From contig JAYWIR010000029.1 in assembly GCA_036172245.1 (NCBI GenBank), forward strand, positions 2,728,001 to 2,792,000: 64,000 nt of DNA. The letters run 5' to 3'. Made by a program: the position numbers and the translations under genes. The DNA is from Raillietiella orientalis (taxonomy: Eukaryota). How positions within the stretch are numbered: the first letter of the stretch is position 1; each line of letters starts with the position of its first letter. Positions 14,040 through 27,666 of the stretch are shown here, piece after piece. The notes beneath the pieces are model-generated. The model worked only from the letters and a program-made list of their open reading frames with translations, was not told where the DNA came from and made no database searches.

Positions 14040-16240
14040 TAGCTGTCGGTTTTAAAAGTTTCAGCCGCCTTGGGGTGGTAGATTGACTGAAGAACGTTTT
14101 TCAAGAGCTCATTTGAAGAAGTAGGGAAAGCGATAAAGTTGTTTGTATCGTATCGTGTTTTGCGAAAAGGGGAGTCGAAATTTTTACACAATACAGAGCG
14201 GGATTAGAGCAGTTCGTAAACAGAGAGGAAAGATTAGGTTTACGGAGGAGGTAAGTTTGAGCAGCTCACAAATTGCGTATGCGTGTTGATCATGATTGTG
14301 GCAAAGCTGTCTTTGAATAAGTTTGCTTTGAATATGTTTAGGGCAGAGTTGTGATTAGAGGTATTGGTTACAGCGAATGCTAGTGGAATAAAATATAGTT
14401 TGTTACCATCTGGTGCTTTGTAAGTTGTTTGCCTTGATCAGGAATGCTTGCACACCTTATAATTGGAAAAAAATGATAATGGAGTAGGAGAGCGGACTTT
14501 CCTTAGATTGGGTTATCATTTAGTAAACTACGAAGGTCTGTAAGTAAGGTTCTCTTATTTTGGATAGTTAGTTTATAGTAGAAACGAGTGCACCCTTGGA
14601 GAGCATGCATTCATCTCAGATGGTAGGAGTGCGTCCTCTGTCGGGTTCCATGCTATCTTGATGCCAGAGGTGAAATCCATTTAATTGTGTGTGTGTGTTT
14701 TTTTAATCTGTGTACACAATACTTTTAGTCTGGCTTCTTTCGAAATACCTTGCGATTAACTTAATGCAATACTGAAATCTTTTGTAAGCCACATACAGAA
14801 GTACTTTGTAGCACCTTAAGGTAACACATGAGAAATTAGCACTTAACCGATTCAAAATGAAGGGATGTGGTAAATGAGTGAATCCAAGGGAAAAGCATTA
14901 ACAGCATTGCGAGAGAAACTATAGAAAGAAACCAATGACAGTCAGCTGTAGCCTTTTGGGGGGCGCACTGATTCACCATTAGTAGTAGTCCGACCGGAGG
15001 AGACAGTTAATCAGTTTTCTAATAAAGACTCTTTTGAGAGCACAGGAAAAAAAGGCGAGGAGGGAGGGTGGGGTGCTGCAAAGGACAATGCAAGATGTCA
15101 CTAGTAGAGCACTGACAGCATGACAGAAAGGCCGTTCCAGAAGGGGACATTGATTCAGGGGCTGTCTTCAGAAACGTGATAGCACGATAGCAGGGAAACT
15201 GCTCAGCTCAAGTGGTGCACTGCATTATCGTATGTAATCATAGCGTAAAAGGTCGGCAGGAATGCGTATTTTAGAGATGGTAATGAAAGACGATGGTAGA
15301 CGGAAGGTCTAACATGAATGTAGTAGTATTTAGTATTGCGAGTCGAATAGAGCAGAACTTATTCACTGGTTATTTGAACTTTGATCACCACTAGCACCAC
15401 TCCGAAAATCTGAGCAGTAACTTCGATTTTGATCTGAAAGAATCATTCTTGTGGTTTTCTGAGGTCGCTAGTAACAGTGAGCTCAGTCATAATCTCCGAA
15501 GCCTCGGGGATGCTGCAAGTGATGTTGCTAATATTTCGACGAGGGAACCGACATTTCAACGTAATCTATCGCGATTTCCTCCCTAGTGTACGTGCTGAAA
15601 GGGATCGCATATATTTAGTAGAAAAAGTACGGATGTGCAACCATTGGTCCTTGAATTGTATCATCTGCACCTTTCAAACGATTTATAGGGGAAGTGGTAT
15701 GGGGATTGAATTGCATTAGCGATGAGACAAGCCTGTTTCTTCATGGCATCGCGGCACTCATGAGACATCAGTACACGAGAATCAAGAAAAATCTGATTAT
15801 GACCAAGGATGTTAACAAGAATTTTGTCTGCTTTTGCACATTCCTCGGCCGATTATCAGGAAAGCGAGGTTGGTGAATGCAAGGGTGAAAAGTATTGGAG
15901 TAAGCCTGTTTAGTAGTACAAATGCAAGTCTAATGAGACGAGTTATGTGCTTCATCTCCAGCTTTTCTCGGGAAGTGTAGAGGCTCTGGTCATTTTTTTG
16001 TATGTTTCGGTGCAAGTTCATGAAGGAATCTTTAATGCTTTTACTTGGGCGTCGGGGAGTCATGCTTGCATAGGAATTGGAACGTTCGTGGAGTGGTTTG
16101 ATGGCATTTCTTTTTATGAGCATGCTCTTCGGCAGGAGATGGTAGCACCACTTATTGATGTATTCTTTCGTTAGTTTTTCGCGGATGTATGATGAGGTGA
16201 TTGTATAGGTGGAAGATGATGGACGGTGGTAAAATAGCAA
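14040..16240 (-). mobile_element. Highly degenerate non-LTR (L1/Tx1-like) retrotransposon remnant
   Basis: Minus-strand fragments appear in the expected order: KAPDGNKTIFY (cf. KSPGPDG..FY), KNFDSP (cf. KNWRPI), NELLKNVLQSIYHPK (cf. NRLK.VL.SIIHPDQ). Many stops and frameshifts; boundaries approximate. Confidence 0.4.
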
Positions 16241-19200
16241 ATAAATTTAAAAATGGCTTCTAATTTTGCATTATTTAGATTTGTGCTATTTAGACTGATT
16301 GCTGGTGGAAGATAATTTTTATAAGCGGATTACTGCTGCTGTTTAAAAAAAGTAACCATGGAAACGTGGCAGTAGTATACAGAACCGATAGACTCTTGAG
16401 TACGTGTTCACCCCTGACCAATGTTTGACTTTCGTAGACCATTAGGGAGATCCTCTACTTTTTCGCATTGCCATGAAAGGACCGTGCGGACATGAGGTGC
16501 TTGTAATAGTATTTCACCGCATCTAAGGTACCAGAGATACTTTTCATTGATATTTCGGTGATATCTTTTGCTTTTTAAGCTAGGAAAGGTAGCACTGACA
16601 ATTCGATACTTTAGAATAGCAGATCGAGAGGAGCACGAATGACCCAATGAGGTGCTGTTATTTGCACGAATATATTGAAACGGTTAATCTTCCAAGTTCC
16701 TAATACGGAATTTTGTTCAGATCGTGCCCATCGTCACCAGGCTGTGTAAAAATGTCCCTTGTCCCCTATGTTCCTCTGCTTGTGCACCTCGGATTGACCG
16801 TGCTCTTTACGTTGTTTGTATTTCGGCCGCTTACTGCTGCTCTTTCTATGCTATCTCTGAACGTTCAATTCGACCTATTTGGTTACTTAAGGATACACGC
16901 CATTAGTGATTCTTGCATTTCTCCAAAGAGAGAAACTGAAAGGATGAATGCAACCAGACACTTTCTGGCTTAATCGGTGAAGTTTGTTTGCATTGTAGGT
17001 AAGCAGAACAAAGGGCAATAACTGTTTGTAAGCGATTAGCACTTTCGTGTCTGAACACCAATTACTCTTCCAAGGTACACGTTACTCACACCCTTGCTTT
17101 CTTGTTTTCTTTAACCTTATCGTACTTTCTTAGAATGCGTTCCACCATCTGGTCGCATGACCTATTCCGTTTTTGATCGTAATGAGCTCAATCTCTTAGT
17201 TCTAGAACTTAGATGCACGAGAGTCGTGGACTGATCTACATAGATGTGCTCTGGTTTCCTTAGAAGTCCACGTCTCGATACCAAAATCCAAAATCAACGC
17301 GACAATATTTTAAACTTGATAAATACCGTATGAAGAGAAAAATTTTCTTAAATTTTGTTTATCTTTACTTTTAATGCTCATCTGACAATATCTGTTTTTT
17401 TCTTATTTTAAGACTATCATACCTTTAGTGTACTAACCGAGTAAAATGATTGTTTCCGTTCCTTTTGAGATTTTTTTTTTTTTTTTGTCGCCTTTTGACA
17501 TTTTTTCTAAATTCCCGATCACATGGGATTGGCCTCCCTCCTCTGTTCTTTTCTTCTGATACTGGAACATGGGTTTCCAGGCTATGCTACTTAGCCAGTC
17601 AGCTGACGGGTCAGGTATTCAAAGTTTCGCTCCTCACCAATAGATGGCATTGCAGCTTCGTGCCATCATGCTCTACGTGTGTTGTGAGGTCTGGCTGCAA
17701 AACCAAGAAAAGTGCACTCCCGTCATTTAGCGTTTGCTCTTTGTACTCACTCCTGGAACGAGATCCTTGTATTTTCTTTTCGAAAGCAGACGCCAAGTCC
17801 GTCAACGAAAGGTATTCAAGGAGACTCCTGAGATCGTAGTCTTTTGCTGTGGTACGGTTCAAATAAACTGATTAATCCTTTTTTCAAATTCTACTGTCAA
17901 AATGCTCTGAAGCGTAGTTGGTCTTGCAACTGAGGTCCACCACCATATTTTCGAAAATACGAAGCCTTCGGTCTTGCTTCGCGTTTATTATCACTTTGTT
18001 TTTGTTTTTTTTTGGCATCTATGCGCCGAGTGGAACAGGTAGAAAACAACGAGTGTGTTGGAACACTTTCAGATAGAGTTTTTACTGTTTCTTCAGCGAC
18101 CTGCGGAACCTTGAATACAATTAAAAGCAGTGGCTCCTTACAATTAGATAATCATTTCTATTTCAAGTATCTTTTTACTGCCTTCCTAAAGAACAACTCT
18201 ACAACAGAGGAAGGCAAAAGAGTATTGTAATTCCCCATCTCGTGTTTCTGCTTTTTTTTTTCTTTTCCTGAAGCTTACATAATCCCCCAGTTTTCTGTGA
18301 TTCAGTGTTGCACACTAGATTCTTGGGACCTCGAAAAGCGATTTATACCTCCCGAATACACTTCACCAACTCTTGCTCGTTTCTATTAATATTTGAAGAG
18401 CAGAAGTCGTTGACTTCTATTCATATGTTTATTCCAAAACATACTCCTAATCACGTTCCTATACAGATGCACAGTTCGTTGTATTGGTGATTCGATGGGC
18501 AAATATAAGCTGATGTCTGCTCTCTGTCACTGGAAATTCTGCAGACCATAAAACAGACTGCCTCTTTTTTTTTTTCTTTTTCTTTTTTTTTTTTTACGGA
18601 TAAACCGTCTCACTGTTCGTGCTATTAGGAGCACCATCAGCGTTCATCTTCCCCATTTCATATCGAAAAAACTGTGACGTCGAACATAATTTGATCGGAA
18701 CACTCAACGCTCACCCCTATCAATTTCCTCCCGCTTCCAGATAGACGAAAACCCTCGCCTCGGGCTTTCAATCTAAACGTAGCACCTCATCCGAAACCTC
18801 GTTTCATTTTGGTGGTGGTCCAGTTTCCTCCGCATGCGAAAAAGTGCATTTTTATTCATGTATGCTTCTAGAGCTGTTTTCCTGTCCCTAAGGGTACACA
18901 GCGTTCCAGCTACCCTACCTACCTGGCAGCAAAATCCTCGAACGAAATCCTGTGAGACAGGATTTCGTTCGCGGTCTTGCACGCTTGCAAACTCGTCCTT
19001 GTAGGGTGCCTTCCTAACTCCAGTGTGTCCGCTAGAAAACCTCGAGAGATCTGCACGTTCTTCCAGTGCTGTTTCTGCGCTTGCCCTCTCCTCGTTGTGA
19101 GGCCTGCTGCTCGTTGGATCTACACATCACACAGCTTTCCTTGACTCCTACTTAGACGTTCCATTCGGATTCTTTCACGCGGATTCAGTTCGTCACCTTT

Positions 19201-20651
19201 CTCTACCTACCGACCCGTGTGTGCAGGGAGTTCAGCTCCAACTGTCTCTTGCGGCCGAGTTTGAAATAAAGTCACCCTGCTTTCGTCCAAATGATCCGTT
19301 TCTCCGCAATGCCCACTTCACGTTGCTCGCTTTACCGGCTGTTTCCTTGGATAATTGCGTGCCGCTTGTTTCGAGTTCGGCTTTCTTAGCGAAGCTTGAA
19401 ACCAGAGACGCATGGTAAACAGGAGGGAATTACAACTCACGAAGAGTTTCCTTCTTCAGTAAATAAACAGGTGCTCGACCTGTTGTAAAGAACGGAATGC
19501 AGATGAAAGAGCGACGCCCACGAAACGGTGGATACGTACTTGTGGCAGCATTTCTGGTCATACTTCTTTCAAGACGGCACAGATCTTTGGAGAGGAGCAT
19601 CACATTGGGTGTTTTTCTCTCAGGAGATCTCGACCAGCCATGCTCTGTGGCTAATCATCCATGCGGTAGCTTTCCGCAGGATCCACGCATTATTCCATGG
19701 CATCCATCATGGAAGGAGTGCTTCATGCACCGGGTGCTACCTGTTTCTCATGCATTGTATCATCCCCCCTTCCTCCCCGAATCTTCGTTTCTGTACCACT
19801 ACGCTAGCTGCTTCGACTCCATCGTTGTGTCTGTCCATCAGCCGCTCGGCATGAATCAAAGTGAATTTCTTCCTTTTTTCCGAAGAAATTTCTTCGCGTT
19901 GAAGCTTCTGGCATTCTCCGGACACCCTGATTTCTGATTTCGGGGGATGCCACACCCTGCTCATCGCATCCCTGAAAACACTCAGCACCTTCGTGTTTTC
20001 TTTTCTTTGGTTCTCAAAAACCGTTCGCCTGGCGGCTCACGAAGCTCTCCTTTTACGCTGTCCACGCCCCCCGGAGGTGCGTGTCAACTCTTCAAGTTAT
20101 AGGGGGTACCCCTGGAGGGAACCACCCTGTGAATCCAGGAAGGGTTTCCGAGGAAGGAGTCCGTTCCTCTCACGCTTGGGAGGGAATCCCGAAGGGAACC
20201 GCGTCTCTTCATTCTCTCCAGAGGCACTCCCGGAGAGGGCCGCTCCAATGTATCTTCTCCGAGGGGAACCCGGAAAGGATCTGCTCCCTGTTACTCCTCT
20301 GAAGAGAACGCCGACGAGACGCTTCCCGGTTTTCTCTGAAGGGAGCAGCACACTTCTTCACCCTCTGGAGAGGTATCAGTCCACTAGCTCCTAAGGTACG
20401 AGATGGAAGGCGTCCCTCCGAAGAGAGAGAAGGCTGCATTTGCACAACTGGGGGGGGGGGATCCCCGAAGTCTTCCTTGGCTCGTGAAAAGACACAGGAG
20501 GGTCCACTTTCAATCCCGGCTAGTCAACGGGGGCATCCGTGGGTTTCCGACTTTCCCCAGTGCCGCCGCACCTGAAGCCCGTGGTCCAAGCAGCGTCATC
20601 CTGCGAGGGGAACTCGAAACCCACAACGCACCCATTCTCGACGTCGATCCT

Positions 20652-20729
20652 TCCCCAGGTGGGATTCGAACCCGCAACGCTTGGTGCCGTGCGCGGAGAC
20701 TGCAGCCCCACGGCGCGCCAACGCGAGGC
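20652..20729 (-). mobile_element. tRNA-derived sequence (SINE head or tRNA pseudogene)
   Basis: The minus strand has an A-box-like TGGCGCGCCGTGG and a perfect B-box GGTTCGAATCC. Its 3' end, GGGTTCGAATCCCACCTGGGG, resembles tRNA-Arg. The acceptor and anticodon stems do not pair properly. Confidence 0.65.
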
Positions 20730-23700
20730 TTCCAAGTCAACACCTTCGTGAGGAAGGCGCCTCCAGGCGGTTTCTTGCAGACCACGGCTTTTCCATGCTG
20801 TTGCTCGGTACTTGCGAACCCTGGCTACTGTTCGGTCTATGAAACTTTGATGAAGAGCCAGAGAGGAGGCGCTCCAGAGTTCGGTCGTCATTAAAGTTGC
20901 CTCGGAGCTGGTGTCCGTAAGGGAGGAAGGGAGGGAGGGACTCTGATTTTGGGGATCAGAGGATCTGATGCGATGTGATGCAGACGGGGAACTGGCTGTA
21001 GGTCTTTCGGGCGTCTCAGAGGCGTTGTCCTTCCCTCCCACCTCAATGCGTTGATCTTCCAGGTGCGTTGGAAAAGAGTACAAGTTTTTTTTTTCTCTTT
21101 CTTTCCAGGCTTTTCTTCCCTGCAAGAAGGGGGCAGTTTTCTTTCGAACCGATGCGGTTTCCATACGAGAAAGTTGCCCTCAAGGTCAGGATGAGCAGAT
21201 AACGTCTAAGATGATAGGAAAACTGCAGATCCATGTCGGACCTTATATTTTGGTGTGTATCTTTGTCTTGTCGACAACTCCCTTTTTACACACACATGCA
21301 CACACACGACACCGTGGCTTCCAAATGAGGGCGGCTCCGAGGCGTGCACAGGCAGATCTGAAGGTCTTGCATCACCTTTTGGTTGCTAATGATAAAGGAA
21401 GCACACGCGCGCCGTGAATTCATCGACGCTCTTCTGGTTATCAGCGAAGCCAGCGGGGCTTCCTCCGCTCGTTGGGAGGCGCAGCGGGTCCCGCGGACTC
21501 CCAGTTTACCTTCCAACGCTTGACCCCAACGTGGTTGGCAAACCTCCGGTCTCCTCGTTCGGAACACACCCCTGCAGTCCCCGCTGATTCACGAGGTGAG
21601 CATATATGCTTAGACGCTCGGGATCAGGAGGTGTAGGCGCGTAACCTTGGATACCGCTAGCAGGATCGCCATCCCCGAGCGAGTTTCGTCTTCGGATTCA
21701 TCCTCAGCGTGCAGCAAGGTTGCCGAGCATCCCTCCTCTCGTGAGATTTTTGCGGTTGCCGTCGGCGAGGCCGCAGGTCTCGTAGCAACGGACCGGTCGG
21801 ATGGAGGTGCTGCCAGAATGGTTGTCCAGAGGGTTCTCCGGTTCCCTCTGCCTCTGCCGAATGAGCATGGGGTTAGGAAGGGACGGAGACTCCCCACGCC
21901 GTCTTCCCTAAGCGCAGCTGGGCGGCCCTCGCGTGACTCGGTAGCCTACCAAGCCGCGGTCATGCCGAGGTGTGACGGTCCTCTCTTGAAGGCTGCAGGA
22001 TAGCGGTTCCCCCTGGAAATTTTCAGGGGACTCCACCAAGGCGTGACCGCAGGCTCGAATGACAACAGCAGCGAGCGAGCACTCCTCAGCATTCGTCCTG
22101 CTTTGGCTAACCTGGGTTCGTCTTGATGGTCGCGGATGTCCGCCACGCACCACGTGGAAGCTGAGATCATCCTGCTGGATGGAGACCAGGTGTTCTCTCT
22201 CCCTCCCCTTGTCCTTCCCTCCGGTTCTCCTCCTCCTCCCCGCCCTCTTCCGATCGCAGGTAAGCGGACCGCGGTGTTCGGTGAGGGAGAAGGAACCGGC
22301 AGGAAAAACGGAAGGAAAGCCAATCGACTCAATGGATCAGCTCCCCGGGAAGAGGACTCAGGCGCGAAGGGACGGTGGACGAATCCGTTGCCATGGGGCT
22401 GCAGCTCGCTGCAGGGGAACTCCATCGGTGCGAATTTTTCCCAAGGACGCTTTCGATCTCGGGAAAACGCGATGTTGACCACAGAGCTGCTGACCATCAC
22501 AGGAACATCCCGAGGAGCCAGCACGGGAGCTTTCGTGTCCCGTTGCGCATCTCCTGGCTCCAGTGCCCACAAGGATGAACCAGAGTGGATTAGGATGGGC
22601 CGCTCTCCATGAAGCTATGAGCATAAGAGGGAGGTGTGGAAAGATGCCTACGTACACATCCCATCAGAAGATCGAGAAGAGGATGGAAGGGAGGGAGTCA
22701 ATCTTTCCTCATTTGATCTCGATTGCATGGAAACAGGCACCCTGGGCTCCCCGGTCCAAACCTCTTTCCTCCCGGATACTCTGACTCCAGCGTGAAGAGG
22801 CACTCCTTCCAAACGGAGATTCCGTGCATGTGCGGAGAGCGTGGCTTCCGCGAATCTCCCTCGAGGGCGACTCCTGAAGCAGACGACGCTGTTTGCTCAT
22901 ACCCGTGAGAGGGAGCCGCGGGTCGCGCTTCCGGGAGGCCAGTCTTCGCGAGGAGGAACTGATGGCCGACGTTTGGGCAGCCTCCTCCCGGCCAGCTTCC
23001 CCGAGGCCTCCTGATAGTGGGTTCTCGGCCGAGTCACGGCAGGTCAGCGGAGCTGGCGCTCCCCTGGCCTCACTATCCCTGGAATCCGACTATTCTCGGC
23101 CCCATCCTTCCTCACCTGCGTGCGTGTGTCTGCGCGCCGCCGCACCGGCGTCCGTCTCCCTCCTTAGAAGGGAGCGGTCTCAAGGGAGTCTCTCGCAGCC
23201 TGGAGGCCCCAAGATAGAGGAAGGTGGTAGAGGTTGATTGAGGACAAGGGTCCTCTTCTCTTCCTCTTCCTCCTTCCAGACTCTGTTGGGTCGATCGCGA
23301 GCGGTTGGAGAGATCTGCAGAGGGGGAGACGAGCGCGGCACGTGAGTGGGAGAGAGGTGCGACTTCCGGTCGCCGGAGAAACTCCTCCACTGCCGACCGG
23401 GGGTCCACCTAGTTCACCCCGCGCCCTCGGGCGTTTCGTTCCGACGCGGACGTTTCCCCTACCTCCTTTTGTGAGCGGCGCGGGATGCACGACCCCAAAA
23501 AATGTTTGGGGTTTCTTGACCTGAATGCGCGCGCTTCCTCGGCTCCCTGGAGCTGTCGTGCGCACGCGGACCGCCTCGCATTCCCGTGTCTCATCCGGGT
23601 GCGGAGAAGGGGAGAGGAGAAGGGGGAAGGGAGGCGGAGGCCTGCGGAAAGGTCGGAGGAGCATCCGAGAGGGAAGGGAGAGAGAGAGAGGGCTGGGGCA

Positions 23701-23965
23701 GATGGAGGGGCACGGGAGGGTCGTCTCCATGCCCCTTAGCGCTGCCGTTCGCTCCCCGGCGGATGGACTCTCCTCCTCCCCCTTGAGCACGCACGCGCGA
23801 AATCGAGGGCACCGATTTCGCGCTGCTGGCCAGGGCGGTTCTTGTGCACGGGAGCAAAAAGGAAAGAAGAAAAAAAGGTAGAAGACCACCAGGAGGTCCA
23901 CTGCCTCCGCCCCCCCTCCCCCTTCGTCGTCCAAGATGAGGTCCTCTGGAGGGAGAGCATCCACA

Positions 23966-23984
23966 GGGGGAGGGGGAGGGAGGG
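23966..23984 (+). other. G-quadruplex-forming motif G5AG5AG3AG3
   Basis: Four G-runs of at least 3 with 1-nt loops. A second motif with six G-runs lies at 25759-25785, in the first coding intron of the protease. Confidence 0.6.
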
Positions 23985-24807
23985 AGTCGATCGATGACGA
24001 AGTATCCCTCTCGGAGGAGCGAGCGATGGCGCAAGGAACGAGAGAAGCCCCCGGATAGGGAGAGGAAGAGTTCGCCCGCTTGACCGCGAGAGGTCACGCC
24101 ATGGCTCGCCAATGGAGGGCCAGGAAGACTGACTGCTCGCCGGAGTCGGGCGTGGACGTGGGCGGAGGAAGGCCTGAGATGCCTGTCTCACCCCAAGAAC
24201 GCCCGGCCCGCGGTTCAGGTCGCGTCCAGGAAAGCCACAGCCCCTCCTATTCCCCTCCCGCAGAAGAAGCGGACCTGAGACCCCAGCGGAGGTCGACGAG
24301 CGAGGACAAACCGGGACGGGAGGAAAGGGAAGGGGAGGTTGGGATGGAACGAGAGGAGGAGGAGGTGACCTCTCTCTCCCGGCAACGCCTCCTGGCTGCC
24401 GAAATGGGAACGCCACGCTCGGTATCGCTCGTAGCTCCCACGGCCGTCTTCCCAGGGATGATCCCGAGATGGGCGTGCCCGCCAAAGTCCCACCGTCCCC
24501 TCCTTCCTTTCTTCCTCCTCCTCTTTTCTTCCTTCTCTTCCCTCCTCCTTTTTTCTTGTTGCTCCTCCTCTCCGCTCTCCTTTCGTGGCGGAACTGCAGG
24601 GTTCATAAAGGAAATCCGCAGCCATCGGAAACGCCCCCGCCGCCTCCGCTCAAGAGGAGGCTGGGAATCCCCTTCTTCCCCCCCCCCCCCTCCTTCCATC
24701 ACCCGCTGTCCGCTTTCTTCCTTCCACCCTTCCCGTCTCCTCTCTCCCTCGGCATCACCCCTATCGCCCCTTCGTTTCCGTCTCCTCCCGCATCTTTCTA
24801 GTTCACC

Positions 24808-25438
24808 TCAGTTCAACTGGGCGGTGACCCAGTGCGTAAAGGACGCTGCCTGCGCCCAGGGGCGGGTCGAGTCAGCGACGGCGGAAGCCTCGATTCCGCC
24901 CCCCCCTTTTCTCTCCTGCCTGTTCTCCACCTCCTGCCGGCGGTCACCGCCGCCTGGCGACGAGAGCGCGCGGAGGAGCGCCGCCTGCGCGCCGCCGCCC
25001 GAAGCGGTCCAGAGCGCTGCGGGCGTGGAGGGGCGGCGGCAGGCCGCCTCGAACAGGATGCTTCTGCGGAGCGAAAGTGAAAGTCCGGCGGGCGAGCGGG
25101 GCACTCGCATCGGGCGCGCGCGCTTCTTCCCCTCCAGTTCACGCTCTTCGCGGAGCGCGAGATGTGACTTTCCTCCCGTCGCCAGGTAACGCTGCCGACT
25201 CTTTCCTCCCCCGCCTCCACTCTCCCTCTCCTCGCCCCGTTCTCCCCTTCCTTCCCGCCGCCTTCCTCCCGGCAAGCGCCCTCCTTTCCTCCCCGCCCCT
25301 CTTCCCGCTTTCCCTCCTCGCTCGCCCGACCCTTCACTCCCCGGATCTGGCAGGAGACCGCGCACCCTCCCCCCTCCCTTCCAGATGCACGAGCTGTGAA
25401 CCCGGACGGGCATTTCTCCATGAACGTTCCCCAACACT
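24808..25438 (+). promoter_or_regulatory. Putative initiator and spliced 5' UTR of the clip protease
   Basis: Inr-like TCAGTT at 24808-24813. Donor CCAG|GTAACG at 25186. Pyrimidine-rich acceptor CCCTTCCAG ends at 25384, 54 nt before the ATG. Confidence 0.35.
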
Positions 25439-27666
25439 ATGAAAACAGTCGTCGCCTTGGCAACGTGCTTGCTGGCCGTTCTTCACGGATTCACGGAGGC
25501 GCAGCTGACTCTGCAGAGAGGTCGGTGCGGGACGAGCGGGAGGGCAGGGAAGGTGGAAAGAGGGGAAAAAATCCTCCGTCCCCGCCTCAACCCACTATCA
25601 CTGGTGCCGCTCTGCCACCGGGATGACACCTCGTCACCTCTCCTGGACCGAGCGTCCGCCCAGTGAGGTCCCCGCGGGTATGAAAAGGGACCAAGAGGAG
25701 GAGGAGGAGCCTCCCCGACGGCAGAGGGGTGGCGATCCTGCGGTCGCCCGGTTGGCGAGGGAGGGGGTGGGTGGGTGGGGGAGGGAGCCAACCCTTCCGG
25801 CCCCCGTCCCACGCCACCTCTTTCGCGTGCCGGCCGAAGGGTTTCCTTGCCCTCTCTTGGAGACGTCCTATCCCCAGCTGACCCTACTCCTCCCGCACCA
25901 GATGGGGAAGACGTCCTGCGCTCCACATATAATTCCGCAGTGGACCGAGTGCTGGGCAGCGCCCTCTACGCCTTCGGCGCGAAAGTGCTGGGCAGGAACC
26001 TGACGGACGCACTGGTCCCGTTCGCTCCGAACTTCATCCCGAGCTTCCAGGAGATACGCAAGCAGCTGCCCCCCGTGCAGATCAAGGCCGGGAGGATCGT
26101 GCTCTTCGACAACACCAAGTACGGCAAGAGGGACATCCAGAGCAGGGACGCTCGCTCCTGCGTGACCGCCGATGGGAAGGCCGGCACCTGCACGGACCTC
26201 AGCAAGTGCTCCTCGCTGCTGGCGGACCTCGCACTTCTCCGTCTCTCCGTCTGCCTGAAGAGCACGTTCACGCCCGGAGTCTGCTGTGGTACTAGGTGAG
26301 AAGAGGTTTCCGCGGCTCCCACAGGAAGCGACCGTACCCCCTCTAATCCTCCTTCTCGTCCCTCTCGTCTTGCCCTCCTCCTCTTTCCCGACCCCCCCCC
26401 CCCTGACCTTCGCTGCGCCCCGCGCTGTCACGGGTCTTCCGTAGCTCCGAGGAAGGCAACGACCGCCCCCCCTCCAAGGCCGACGTCACGACATTGCCTT
26501 CCCCGCCTATACAGCCGGAGTTCCTCGGCGAGGAAGCCACCCCGTCGCCGCTGCCCCCGGTGGAGCCCTCCGGAGGAGGAGGCGAGGGGGAGGGAGGAGA
26601 CCATCTCCCCTACCAGTCCTACCGTAAGCCTACGCGCCACGACGCGACCCTCCGTCCTGACCTCCGCCTTGCAGCTTGCGGGGTTCCTCAGATCGCCATG
26701 TTCCGGATTATCGGGGGCTCGGAATCCGCCTCCGGGCAGTGGCCCTGGGCGGCAGCCATATTCCTCAGGAACAACCGGAGGACAGAGTTCTGGTGCGCTG
26801 GCAGCCTCATCAACGAGCTGTACGTGCTGACGGCGGCCCACTGCACGCGGGATAGCCGGCAGAGACCGTGAGCGCACCGGAGGGCCTCCCGAGGGAACTA
26901 AAAAGCTCATGCGTTCCCTACCCTTCTGGCTGGGCTCGCAGATTCGCCCGGTCTCAGTTCACCGTCGTGCTGGGCGCCAACGACGTCAGTCTGGGTCTAG
27001 CCGGGCTCCAAGGCAGGTCGTACCGCGTCAGGGATGTTCGGGCGCACCCGCTGTTCAGCAACCAAGGGTTCTTCAACGACATCGCCCTTATGAGGCTCTC
27101 CCGACAGGTCGTGTTCAGCCCCAGGATACTCCCGGTGTGCCTACCCGAAGGCCTACCCGATACCCACAGTCTCCTGGGACAGTACGCGACGGTCATCGGG
27201 TGGGGAACCTTGGATTACGGTAAGAAGCCACGATGGGAGGATAGGGGGGGGGGGGGAACGTCCATGCCTCCTCCTTCACCCCTTTTTCTGACCAAAGGGG
27301 GCAAACCCACGTCCAGGCTGCACGAGGTCGCCCTTCCCCTGTGGAGCAATGAAGGATGCAGCCAGGCCTACCTGCAGAACATCGGTGCCAATTTCCTCTG
27401 TGCCGGCATGGTGCAGGGAGGGAAGGACGCTTGCCAGGTAAGGAAGACGTCCCACACACCCCAATCCGCCACCACCCGTCGATCCGGGGAGGCACCGAGG
27501 ACCCTTCCAGGGAGACTCCGGGGGACCGCTGATGCTCCCCGTGGACGGACGGTACACGCTGCTAGGGATCGTGTCCTTCGGCAACCGCTGTGCGGAGCCC
27601 AACTACCCCGGGGTCTACACGAACGTGGCCTACTATCTGGACTGGATATACCAGAACATGTTCTAA
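25439..27666 (+). CDS. Secreted clip-domain serine protease (proclotting enzyme-like, trypsin specificity). Coding exons: 25439-25520, 25902-26295 (alternative acceptor 25878), 26445-26623, 26675-26867, 26942-27219, 27298-27437, 27511-27666
   Basis: Signal peptide [21 protein letters not shown]. Six-Cys clip domain [17 protein letters not shown]...C...GVCC, then a Pro-rich linker. Activation site R|IIGG. Catalytic triad TAAHC / NDIAL / GDSGGP, with S1 Asp in GKDAC. All introns are GT-AG with matching phases. Confidence 0.95.

Noticed and set aside
18700..19400. Protein-like minus-strand fragments
   Set aside because: No recognisable domain; may be TE debris but cannot be supported.
21600..22600. 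Possible minus-strand retroelement fragment (RSGMAILL resembles APE GVAILL)
   Set aside because: A single weak motif with no other APE or RT motifs in order.
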